Shown piece after piece: positions 53,056 through 64,000 of a stretch of DNA of 64,000 nucleotides. Positions within the stretch are counted from its first letter, which is position 1. Each line of letters begins with the position of its first letter. A model generated the notes under the pieces. The model saw nothing but the letters and a program-made list of their open reading frames with translations. It was not told where the DNA came from and ran no database searches. A program made the position numbers and the translations under genes. The DNA lies in assembly GCA_028534125.1 (NCBI GenBank), contig CM052817.1, positions 36,954,001-37,018,000 on the forward strand, written 5' to 3'. Source of the DNA: Lama glama (taxonomy: Eukaryota).

Positions 53056-54390
53056 GGCCCAGACATATTATTTAAATCTAAACAACATTTTTGCCTTCAT
53101 AGGCGAGATACAGATTTACGATATATGGGAAATCCATTACTAGAAGTGTCAGTAATATATTAAGATTTAAAAATGCAGAATACTGCTTCCAGAAGTTCCC
53201 AGAGAAAATTCATTTATCAGATAGTTATTCAGTGCATCCCAGGTACCTAAAATTGATTTATGTGCTACGAATATAGCAATGAACCAAACAAAAATCTCTG
53301 CCTTCCTGAGCTTAAATTCTAGGCAAAGAGACCAATATATTTCTATATACATGTATGCAAATATGTAAATATATGCAAGTAAACATTTATACAAATACAT
53401 GTATAAGTTTTGTCAGGTGGGATGAAACATGCTATACAAAAATAAAATAGTCAGGAGGGTGTGTATTAACTGTGTCAAACACTGTTTACAAGTTGTTAAG
53501 ATGTGGACTGAGAGTTAGCCACTGATTTGGCATGTGGCACTCATAGCTGACCTTGACAGGAGCTGTTTCTGCTGAATGGGGAAGAGAAAAGCCTGAGTGA
53601 ACAGGGTTCAAAAGAGAATAGGAGGAAAGATGTGGAAGCATTTTGCTGAAAAGGCAAAGTGTGAAACAGGGTGGCAAGTGGAGAGGAATGTGAATTCAAG
53701 AGTCCTACCTACCTATCAAGTTCCCATATTAACAAGGAGGGAAATTGGTAGGTGAGTTCACAGGAACAAGCAGAAGTTCTGTTCTGTTTGCTTCCAATTA
53801 CTCGTTGAAATAATGGGTAATGTCACAAGCTATGAGTTTTATAAGCATTGCCCCCCCAAAATTTCTGTCTTTTCTCTTTAACAATGCATCGACACAGACA
53901 GCCTTGAGAGCATTAGGTACAAAATAGGGAAATTTCAATGGAGGTGCCAAACAGTGTCACACCAGGGCTAACCTGAGACTAAGCAGGCACTGGAAAGAAA
54001 TCCATACAGGATTAAGAAACAGAGTACGCCAATGGGGGGAGAGCAGGACTTTTCACTAATAAACAATTTTGTCTGGGTCAGTTCAGCCCTTTTCATTATA
54101 ACCTCATAGTATTTTTTTAAGAAATGTGATGAATATTACTTTGTTAAAAGATCAAAAAAGATTTATATTTCTTCTGAAAACCACAGGTTTTTAAAAAAAT
54201 ATTAGCTATTATTCCATGTAGAAGTAAGAAAGGCTGTAGTGTCGACAAGGAGTGTAATTTGTTTTCAAATAACATTCTGGGCTTGTTTTCCTCTGTCATG
54301 TTAGGATTACTCCTCAAGTAAAGTTTAGCAAGTGACAATTCCATTACACTTGCCTGATTCTCTATTGATCTTCTCCCTTCCGAATCTCAG

Positions 54391-54539
54391 GTCAAGAAAA
54401 TTTACCTGGATGAAAAGAGACTCTTGGCTGGGGACCATTCCATTGACCTTCTTTTAAGAGACTTTAAGAAAAACTACCACATGTATGTGTATCCTGTGCA
54501 CTGGCAGTTTAGTGAACTTGACCAACATCCTAGGGACAG
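54391..54539 (+). CDS. SPARCL1: SPARCL1 exon 9: [16 protein letters not shown]...[16 protein letters not shown]
   Basis: CAG| and AG|GTAAAA; 149 nt; PVHWQF..LDQHP motif (EF-hand 1). Confidence 0.98.
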
Positions 54540-55163
54540 GTAAAAACTTTCACCTTGTCATTACTATGTCATCTCCCTGATATCATGTCCAGTTATTTAT
54601 ACAGAAAATTTTTAAAAACAGGTTTAGGAAATTTCCCAGTTCCATTTCAGAACACAACAATGCCAAACAAATATGGTTAGGTGTCTAAACACAAAGCTGC
54701 TTTGAAAATAACAGAATATGGCCACGCCACAGCTCTCAAGTTTACATGTTAGGGTCCAGCCCCCCACAAAAACTCTTTCAACTCTTTCTTTCTCCTTTCA
54801 ACTCTTATCTCCTTCAAGATAATCTGATTGGCCCCACTTGGGTCAAGTGCCTACATCTGGAACAATCAGGTGTGGCTGGTGGTAAGAGCCAGGCTGTACT
54901 CATATGATTGCTGGGTTCACCCCTATAAATTTAGAGTGGAGGGAGGACAGTTCCTAGTGAAGAAGGAAACCTTGTGAACTGACACCCCAAAAGCTGTCTA
55001 TCTTACCCATAAATAGTTTTATTTCATTTGCAGCTTCTCATGATTGTATTATTTATTTGCCATCTTCAGCAACCTTGTGGAAGAAAAATGCCCTTGCTGA
55101 TCCTGAGTTAACTTTTCATACATAAGCTACTCAGTTAATAGGCTGCCATTTATCTCATTGCAG

Positions 55164-55312
55164 AGTCCTGACACACTCTGAGCTCGCTCCTTTGCGCGCA
55201 TCTCTGGTGCCCATGGAACACTGCATAACGCGCTTCTTTGAAGAATGTGACCCCAACAAGGATAAGCACATCACCCTGAAGGAGTGGGGCCTCTGCTTTG
55301 AAATTAAAGAAG
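55164..55312 (+). CDS. SPARCL1: SPARCL1 exon 10: [12 protein letters not shown]...[22 protein letters not shown]
   Basis: CAG| and G|GTAAAT; 149 nt; canonical EF-hand 2 loop [12 protein letters not shown]. Confidence 0.98.
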
Positions 55313-57559
55313 GTAAATTCATTATCAGTCCAGGGAGAGTGGTGTCCTCTTCTCCAGACAAGCCATAAGCCCCGCAGTCCTCACAGAGAGGTCCTGCTGT
55401 GTGTGCAAACTAGAGACCTAGAGACCAAGAGACCACAAGGTGGCAGCGTCCCAGGGAGAACTGCTGTCACTGCAAGGTTCTTTCTTACTTCCTTTATGAT
55501 ACTGTTTTCAAAGGGTAGCAAGAGTAAACATTTGGAATAACTGCACTGAGGTCTCAGCAGTTGGCTAAGCCTAAGAAAGTGATGTGAATCCAGAGAGCTG
55601 TGCCAAATCCCAAAAGGCTACCCTTCTAAAGAAGGAAAGGTTTTATATCCTTCCTTAACCTGGGTATTGGGCTAAAGTGTGAAGAGTAAAACAGAAAGCC
55701 TGATTCTGACAATAGGAGATGCCAAAAGAATCTCAGAATTTATTAGCACATTATTAGCACTAGCACATTAAAGATTTTCACCAGTTATGCCCAGAAGTTA
55801 TTCCTTTAACCCAAAAGTGATCCATTCCTGCATCTTCAGTGACAGAAAGAAAGAAAGATAGATTAATTTAAATTTCTCCTACAGTGAAGGAATTTAAATT
55901 GAGAATTTGTTTTGCTAGGTTATGTCTTAATCTACTTCCTTTGCTTTTCCTAAGTTACAGTTGATTTCTATGAGCATGTTTTTAATAATTGAGATTTGAA
56001 AGATGAGCAATCAAAACTGCAGAATATAAAGCAACAGTGAACATCAGTTCTCCAAAGCAGAGGTTTTATACATATGTTTACAACATACATACATGTAGGA
56101 TGAATATGCAGCCAAAAAATAAATTCATCAACAGTCAGAATTCCCCTCAAAGAGGTAACTTGTGTGACCTTCACTTTAAAAATATTCTTCATGCATATGT
56201 ACAATGCCTTGAAATTGGAAAAAAAAAAGCTGGAGTATCAGGATTCAGTTATTTATTGATAAACAGAGAAGCAGAAAAGGTCCCTTTCCTCTACAATATC
56301 ATTCTGTGAAATAAGCACAAATGAAACGAGCAAAGAATGAATATTTTTGTAAGCATCTTGTTCTGTGTATTAGTTGTCTGTTTCTGTGCAACAAATTACA
56401 CTAAAGCTTAGAATCTTAAAATCTCTCTCAGTTTCTGAGGATCAGGAATCCAGTAGATTACCTGGATGGGACTGCTTAGAATCTGCTCTGAGCTCACTTA
56501 CATGGCTACTGGCAGGAGGCTTCAGCCCTTTCCCATGGGTTGCTAATAACATGGTATCTGGTACCAGAGAGAGACTTAAAAGAGAGAGTCCAAGACGGAA
56601 GCCACAATGTCTTTTAGAATCTCCTATCAGAAGTGAGGTACTTCTGCCATCTTCTGTTGGTGACTCAGTCTGACTCTGCTACAATATGGGAGGAGACCAC
56701 AGGAGGTGGGGATCACTGGGGGCCATTGTGGAGGCTGGCAACCACATGCTGTCTCCATCCTATTAACATCGATGGGAAATTAACATGCTATTAAGACCCT
56801 GACCCATGCAAATGATGTTAATTTCCTTTCTTAAATCTACTCTATTAAACACAGTACTTACAAATTCAAATGTATCCCTAAAAGTGACTAACACTGTTTT
56901 TTCCAGGTCCCATATTAAAAAGACAAAATGTACCCAAGCACAGCCACCCTGTCCCCTTTCCTCCACCATTATCAAAAGGAAAACTTAGCTGGGACAGGAC
57001 ATATTTATGTGTGCTCTTTTATATGGCGCATGATTATAAAGGAGTGACCCAAAGGCAAATTTAAACAGAGGCCGTTTGAGGAAACCAGTTGCGCTTCGCT
57101 GTTCCTTTTGAGGCTTCTGGAAACTCTTCAGCATGTGGGCTCACTCAAGCCCTGTGCTGGGTGACTGGGAGGAGCAGGAAGGGCTTGAAGTTCAGTAACT
57201 CACAAAACTCCTAATGATCTTGTTTGTTCACTGTGGTTTGGCCATGATTACGTTATTTTGAAGAAGGGAAAGAATTATCACAGAGTAAGCCAATAAAGCA
57301 GATATTAAGTATTCAATCAGAACACGTAAACAAGTTACTGCTTTGAGATACAGCTAGGAAAAGAAAAAAATAATAATACTAATGTCTATTTGTAAGCATA
57401 TTCTTCATTCTCTCAGGACTGAGAAATCCACAGAATAAGATAAATTTTAGCCAGTGGGGTCCTGAATTTTAACTTCCTTTGCATCTCCAGATGTGCTGAA
57501 ATATCCCAGCTCTGTCATTAACTAGCTAATGTGAACTAGGGCATGCCACTTAACCTCAG

Positions 57560-58750
57560 CAAATCTCATTTTCCTTGTGTGTAAAAATGGGGTTCAATTA
57601 AGAGGTGAAAGTCTCATTTATTTATTACCTATGACATACCATGTGTTGACATATATCCACGTTAATCTTAGGAAAACCTTCCAAGTGAGACTAATAGTGG
57701 AAACGAGTCACAACAAGCAGGTCCTGCTAAGCCACTTAGAGACACTATCCTCAGAGTACTGGAGGATAACCAAGTGTTTTAAATAGGGGAGTGATTTCAC
57801 TGGATTTGTATCTAATAAAGATTCTTTTGATTACATTGTGCATAAGCCAGAGAAAAGCTGTAGTAAATCCAGACAGAGTTGATGAGAACATGAATTAGGG
57901 CAGTTATAATGGGGAAAAAGAAAAGTAAACATACTCAAATACATTTTTTAAAAAGCAACCTATAGATATATTTGAGAATATAAACATATTCAAGATGTAT
58001 AGCATGGAGAAATAAGAAGACAGTGTTTGACAGGAAATATGTCGGGACAGGAAGCAGACAGTTGAGAGACTGAGAGCAAGAGAAGTACCACGCCTAGGTT
58101 CCTCGCTCAGGCCAGGCAGCATAAATAGAGGTACCTTCCAGAGATGGAAAATTAAAGAACAGAAGCAGGTTTGGGAGGAAATGATAAATTCTGTTTGGAA
58201 CACACGGAATTTTGAAGTACTTCGGTGACAGTGTACAGTTGATAGAAGAATGTGTGGTTGTGCTTTTCAAGACAGAGTTTCGGAATTTAAATACATATTT
58301 GGAGATTATTAGCATACAGAAAGTAACTGATACTAGGGAAGAGGAATTAATTCCCTGAGGAAGATGGGCTGAGTTACATGGAAAAGGGTCTTGGGTTGAA
58401 CACCAAGAACAAAGGATAGACAAGGAAGAAGCAGTTCACCAGAAAAGAGTGAAAAGTCTCCTGAAAGGAAAAAGAAAATAGGATGGTGCCATGTCTAAGG
58501 AGGTGTTTCAAGGAGGAGGAAAAGCACACAGTGCTAAGTGATGCTGAGATGTCAAGTGAAAGACGGGGAATATTTGCTGTACGTAGAAATAAGGATATCC
58601 TTGGTGGCCTTGGTGAGAGAGTTTTGGTAGAATGATAGAGATGCAAGCCAGACACTGAGAAAGAACAGGAGATAAGAAAGGCTAAAGAGTGAATGTCTGA
58701 AGGCAGGCAGGAGCTAGAGAGGGACACAGAGCCCGGGGAAGCATTTTTGA
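57560..58750 (-). mobile_element. L2 LINE fragments (also ~53200-53700)
   Basis: GCAGGTTTGGGAGG..TTCTGTTTGGAACAC..TTTGAAGTAC, GTGCTAAGTGATGCTGAGATGTCAAGT and GGTGGCCTTGGTGAGAGAGTTTTGGTAG. Confidence 0.75.
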
Positions 58751-59794
58751 GAATAAAGAAGGCTCGAGCTCTCATTCGTTCACTTATTCATTCATTCACT
58801 CATCAAATCTTTACTGATGGTCTACATAGTGCTAGGCACATTCTCAAGGCTGGAAATGCAGCATATTTAAACATTAAGGGGAAGGGTCCAGTAAAAATAA
58901 AAAAGGAAAGATTGAGGACATAAAACAAGAAAAAGAAGAAAATAGGGGAGAATTCTGAAAAGATGAGAAGAGATCCTGGGCACAGACAGAGGATTCACCT
59001 CAAAGTCAACAGGAGGGACATCTCTCATCTGAAGAACAGAAAAAAGACAAAAAAACAGGAGTGCGAATATAAGTAAATTTATAAGGAGCAAGACTATTAA
59101 CCCTACCTTACAAATGAAGCCAGTGCTCAAAAGAAAGTTACCCAAAGTCAAAGTTACCAAAAAGTCTGTAATTTTTCCCACTTTTGGGGCAAGATGAAGA
59201 CTTATATCTGGCAGGAAAATTACGTGGTATCCCAGACAGAGTAGTAGTTGAGTATGCTTCAGATTAATCTGCTTTAAGCATCTGTTTAACAATTACTGAG
59301 TGAGGTGGGCCATGGTGGTAAGGAGTGGTAAGTTATATCCCTGAGAGGATGCTGTCTTCTTCCACAGGTGTGGCAATAAGTTCTTTTACAATTACTTGAT
59401 TGGAACTTTGATTTAACTAGCATCATACTTCTCTTTATTTGGATTTTTTTTTAGCAGCCCTTATAGATTAATGTACTTAGCTCTTCTTGGCTGGGCCTCC
59501 CCTCAACCACCTCTATTAGTGGTTCTCAACCTACATAAGAACTACCTGCAGAGCCTTCTAAATGTATACATGCCATTGGCCTACCCCTGGGGATGCAGAT
59601 CAGGAGGCCAGGAATGAGACCCAAGGATACATATTTTTTAAAGTTTCATGGGTGATGTTGATGCATAACCAGGATTGAGAACCACCAATACGGCCTTACT
59701 GATGGCTTCTCTGACCCCCCAGCTCTAACACTGTTTGTTCATATTACTACTCTGGTTACTTTCTAAAACTGTATTTTGTTTTTGTTTTTCACAG

Positions 59795-59823
59795 AAGACA
59801 TAGATGAAAATCTCCTGTTTTGA
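59795..59823 (+). CDS. SPARCL1: SPARCL1 exon 11 coding part: (E)DIDENLLF-stop; total CDS 2004 nt, 667 aa
   Basis: TTTTTCACAG| acceptor; TGA at 59821-59823; all intron phases consistent across the 10 coding exons. Confidence 0.96.
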
Positions 59824-60234
59824 ATTAAGATTTGAAAGAACGCAAACTTCCCAGCATCCTCCCCTGTTCTTATCACTTCTGAAGTATATGCAGCCATAAT
59901 ATTTGTAGATTTATATCTAGCAAAATGCTTGCATGTCTGAGAAGACAATGAGAGTCACTGCTTGATAACAGTATATGCACCAGGCATTTAACATTAACTC
60001 TGAAAATAAAACTCTAAAATTAAGTAAAGTCAATGTATGCAAAATACCAAACATTGTTCACTGTTTGTGAACAAGAGTTTAACTCATCACTCTCTGCATC
60101 CAATTATGAGATACTTAAAAATGATAAAACTCAAAAAAAAGTAGGTTCATTTTGTCTGTATTATGTGCACTTCAAAAAAGTGAAATAATGTTCTTTGTTG
60201 TTGATGTATATTATTTTCAATATCTTAATATCCT

Positions 60235-60240
60235 AATAAA
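60235..60240 (+). terminator. Likely main SPARCL1 polyadenylation signal AATAAA
   Basis: AATAAA about 410 nt after the stop, with upstream TGTA motifs and a downstream U/GU-rich TATTTGTTT. Alternatives at 60005 and 60415. Confidence 0.7.
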
Positions 60241-62190
60241 AGTCCATAAAAATCCAAATGCCTATTTGTTTCCAGTCATTTACTTAAACAATTGTATGTG
60301 AAAGACCAGCCCAGGGCTCACACTTCATATCAAGTTACAGTTGTGCTTCCTGGACCCTACCGCTTAAAAAAAAAAAAAGTATGAGTGTGCTTGGAGGTGA
60401 CTTTTCCTATGGGAAATAAATACTTAGTTGTTAAAATGGCAGTTGCTCATAAATGTCCTTTGCCATAATGTAAGTTTAAACAGAAAAAATTTTGAATTCA
60501 ATTGCTCAATTAAGTTCAATCAAATCAATTCAGTTAAAAATGTGGATGATTATGCCCTGCTTGATACAACTGATTTTAGCTTTTGTGCTGGTGTATGTGT
60601 GTCAAGGGAGAGCGAGGCCCTGCAAAATAACTACACGTTTCATATTTTTAAAGAGAATATAAAGTTAACAGACAGTGGAGAGCCCTGAAGTGTCCTGATG
60701 TCCAATGTGGTCAGGTATGAATACTACTAGCGTAAGTTGATAGCAAGATGTGTCAGAAAAGAAAATTTGTGTTTTTATTTGAGCTCTTCTTTGGTAACTA
60801 TTAGTACAGTATAAGTGAAATTGCAAAAATATAAAAGATAATCAAAATAGAGTTTTCCAAGGTCTGAAGCAAAGCAGTAAAAGAACCTGTCACCCAGTTT
60901 ACCCTACTTACAATATTTAAAAGAAAATAAAATGGTTTTTCACATATTTTCCTATCTGATAGAAGATATTAATACAATTGTCTTAATTTTTTTTCAAATA
61001 ATAAAAAATTTGTTGTTGTTAAGAGCCTTATCTACAATCACTGAGAGAATAGGCCCCTAGGAATTTTATCTGAAGGACACTTAAATGACAGTTTGTTTTC
61101 TATCAGAATAATCTCTGATTAACTTCAAAATTGTGTTTACACTCTTAGTTCGAGTCATTTGTTCTTAACCAGACTACATCACACCATGCCATGTCTAGAT
61201 AATTAAGATAAATTTGATTGATCAAAATATAATGAAGCATTATTTATAATTTCTCCCAACTAGGGAAATAACTTTAGGAATTATTCCAAAATTCAGAATG
61301 TTTTTATGTATACCTGCAAAGAAATGTCATGAAAGGTCCTAACTAATTAAAAAGCAAGTTTGTAATTGTACATTTGTTGGGAACAGTGAAATTAATTTTG
61401 GAGGCATTAATTAGACCTAAATTGCTATCTTTAACATCTTCTAAATATTTTAAATGTTTTGGAATAGCGAAAAGTGATTTTGATCTAAGGACTCTACCTA
61501 AATATTCACTAAAAATTTTTTACTTGAAAATAATTTGTTTTGAAATAAAAATATTATTTAATAATAGAAAGTTTTAGAACCTTAAATTTTTCTATTAATT
61601 AAGGCTCCCATGTGTATAGCTGCCCTGGATATATTGTAAAAGCACTCTAATATTCTTGGTAGTCACAATTTTTAATTGTGCATTGTTTGTGATAAAGACA
61701 TTACTCTAATCCCAACCAAGGAGATGAAGTTATTTTCTCAGTAATCAGTCTTTAAGCCTATTTCTGTGTAATTGACATACTTTAGAAGTTGGAGTTCCTT
61801 GTCTAGAACCAATTACTCAGTTCAGCTGCAAATTCTGTGACTCATATTGCCCATGACCACAAAGGTATTAACAATTTGGCTTAAATACTAGATAGGCATA
61901 GAGATTCTAGATCACACTGCTCTTTGAATTTGTTGCTCAAGGACCATTTGAAGCAAAGGTAACTGAAAAGACATACAGTGTGATTTGAACTGATTTTATT
62001 GCACTAGGTAAAATTCCGTTGGATAATTTAATGATTTCTAACAGGTCCACTTATCAAAGGAAGAAAAAAATTCAAGGGTTTGAATCCAGAAGGAAGAAAA
62101 ATACAAAGGAGAAACATGAAAAGGGGAAAGGGGGATAAGGCAAAGTAAAATAGCACAAAGATAAATCAGAGCTGAGTTCCAAGTACATGG

Positions 62191-62221
62191 TATAAAATAG
62201 TTGAAGAGTGACATATATAAA
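62191..62221 (+). promoter_or_regulatory. Candidate TATA boxes of the downstream SCPP gene
   Basis: TATAAAA at 62191-62197 and TATATAAA at 62214-62221, ~120-145 nt before a consensus donor. Confidence 0.55.
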
Positions 62222-62244
62222 GAGATATAACTTGCTTTGGATAC

Positions 62245-62335
62245 TGGGGACATGCTTTAATAAGAATATGATGAAATTGATTTTTCTTCCAAAATTCAGT
62301 TCCAGAGTACAGTGATTTAGTTTGAAACTCACAAG
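62245..62335 (+). other. SCPPPQ1: Putative non-coding exon 1 of SCPPPQ1 (start approximate)
   Basis: Consensus donor AAG|GTAAGT at 62335/62336 downstream of the TATA boxes; SCPP genes have an untranslated exon 1. Confidence 0.6.
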
Positions 62336-62947
62336 GTAAGTTAATTTGAATTAAATATGATTTAAGACTATAAAAAGGTTTGCTTTCAGAATCAGCTGGC
62401 CAATAAAGACAGCATTGATTTTATTTATATTATGTTTATTCTCTACAAACTCATTATGCCTTTCAAGATTTTTCCATATCATTTCCTTCTTGATGAAGTA
62501 TAACTGTCTAGCAGCATCCAGGCCACATGAAGACCTGGTAAATCTCATGGGGGTAGAAGCTCAAGGTGGATTTATTCGTATATTATGTAAGAAATCTCAT
62601 TGAGCCAGTGGTGATATATCTCTAATATTAAGCATGATTTGATGTTTGAAGATTTGTGGGTAGAGATCACAAAATCAAATAACTTCAGGAACCAAAGAGT
62701 ATGGGTTGAACTTTGAGATTATAAGGAAGAATAGGAAGTGTATGTTAATGTTTTGAGCCCAAGAATGCATGTCTTGTTTAAAGATTTTTAAAGCACTGTT
62801 CTAGGCTTACAAAGCCTGGATCTAGAGACAATATAGCCTGACCACTATTTTAAAATCTCACTAAAAAGTCCACTTACAATGAGAAGAGGACTTAGAAAAA
62901 ACAAAAAATGATCTCCTAACCCTTCAATTCCAGATTCTTTCTTCAGA

Positions 62948-63004
62948 ATGAAATTTCTTATCCTGGCTAGCCTTTGGATCACTGCCACTGCTCTGCCCAT
63001 CCCT
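62948..63004 (+). CDS. SCPPPQ1: SCPP-family signal-peptide exon, MKFLILASLWITATALPIP (SCPPPQ1 exon 2; exon starts 62934 or 62947)
   Basis: Branch-like CCTAAC, pyrimidine tract and CAG acceptor; ATG with A at -3; hydrophobic signal ending ATA-LP; phase-0 donor CCT|GTAAGT; immediately 3' of SPARCL1, where SCPPPQ1 lies in other mammals. Confidence 0.88.
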
Positions 63005-63965
63005 GTAAGTACTCCTCCTATTTTCCACTCCATTTCTGTTCTAGAGACAGTATTTCTGGGCTAGAAAGCATTTTCTATGTCTTTTCATTTCACAGAAAAG
63101 GAAAGTGGACTTCAGGAGATTTGCAGAACTAGGAATTTACCACTCTTCTTCACTCTAAGGGTCTCCAATACAAATCTCAGATCTACATGCCATTTGCAAG
63201 CTGCATGACCTTGAGCAAGGAAATAACCCATGGCTTCCCAGTCTATAAAATGAGTTGTTAAGAACTACCTCAGAGTTGTGCGAGAATGATAAAAATGTAT
63301 CCAACGGAACATAGGAAGCTCTCAAATATATTAAGCAATATAAAGCAAGTAACCCTCAGTGACCTAGGTCTTATTCAGGCAGTTTAAATTGAGTTTCATT
63401 TACAATACCCTTATCCCAAACTGTCTCATGTTGACTACAGTCATGCTTCATCATCTATACAAATGAGATCAATGAGTCTATTCCGCATTTATTATGGTCT
63501 GACTATGTAGGGCACCTAGTAGGCAAGAAATCCTGTTCCCTGCACATTTTGTAACAAAGGAGCCTTCAAAGAAGTGAGGGAGCTTTCAAAATTTGCATTT
63601 GTGGATACAAAGTTTAAATTTACACTTCCATACTCTCTCCACTTTGAACTCATAAATGCTGAGAACAATTAGAGAGCACTCTTGATTCAAAGGTAAAGAG
63701 GCATGCAATATGTAATTAATCTCAAGAAATGTAAAGAAAAACATTCTTTGGAAGTAAGTTTAAAGGTAGAAAGTACAAATTCTAAATCACTGGACAAAAT
63801 TAATTTAACTTTTCCTATTAGACTTGACTGCTTTTTATTTCGGAGGGAAAGCTACGTTACTGATGAGTGGCTTGTTACCTATTCTCATTTAGAATAAAAC
63901 CTCTCCGTAATGAATCACGTATTGCCATATGTTGTTTCACCTTGTTGCTGTTATTGTTTTACAAG

Positions 63966-63998
63966 CTTGAACAACCTGGAGGAAGTTCCAGTAGTCAG
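63966..63998 (+). CDS. SCPPPQ1: SCPPPQ1 exon 3, LEQPGGSSSSQ (gene continues beyond the window)
   Basis: TGTTTTACAAG| acceptor; 33 nt, phase 0-0; CAG|GT at the window edge; Ser-rich end typical of SCPP exon 3. Confidence 0.8.
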
Positions 63999-64000
63999 GT

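Noticed and set aside
1..64000. CRISPR arrays, operons, foreign inserts, or SIBLING genes (DSPP, DMP1)
   Set aside because: No regularly spaced repeats, no long intronless ORFs and no compositional break. No Ser-Asp repeats or second acidic exon were seen.

Overview
Mammalian (eutherian) genomic DNA, probably camelid, judged from tRNA-derived SINEs resembling the Vic-1 family. It contains no prokaryotic systems. The + strand carries the complete SPARCL1 (hevin) gene: a non-coding exon 1 ending at 18059, a 25.7 kb intron 1, and 10 coding exons from 43727 to 59823. I spliced these by hand into a 2004-nt CDS (667 aa) with consistent intron phases. About 2 kb past the SPARCL1 poly(A) signal, on the same strand, lies the 5' part of a small SCPP-family gene that the ORF track misses entirely. 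It has a TATA box, a non-coding exon, a signal-peptide exon (MKFLILASLWITATALPIP) and a 33-nt exon (LEQPGGSSSSQ), and I identify it as SCPPPQ1. Its exon 3 lacks the Glu of the family's Ser-x-Glu phosphorylation motif. The rest is ordinary eutherian repeat landscape, including a two-LTR MLT1 element with a nested LTR and a SINE-in-SINE-in-L1 stack. Repeat subfamily names and human comparisons are from memory and need RepeatMasker/Dfam or BLAST confirmation. I found no evidence of a wholly new biological system.
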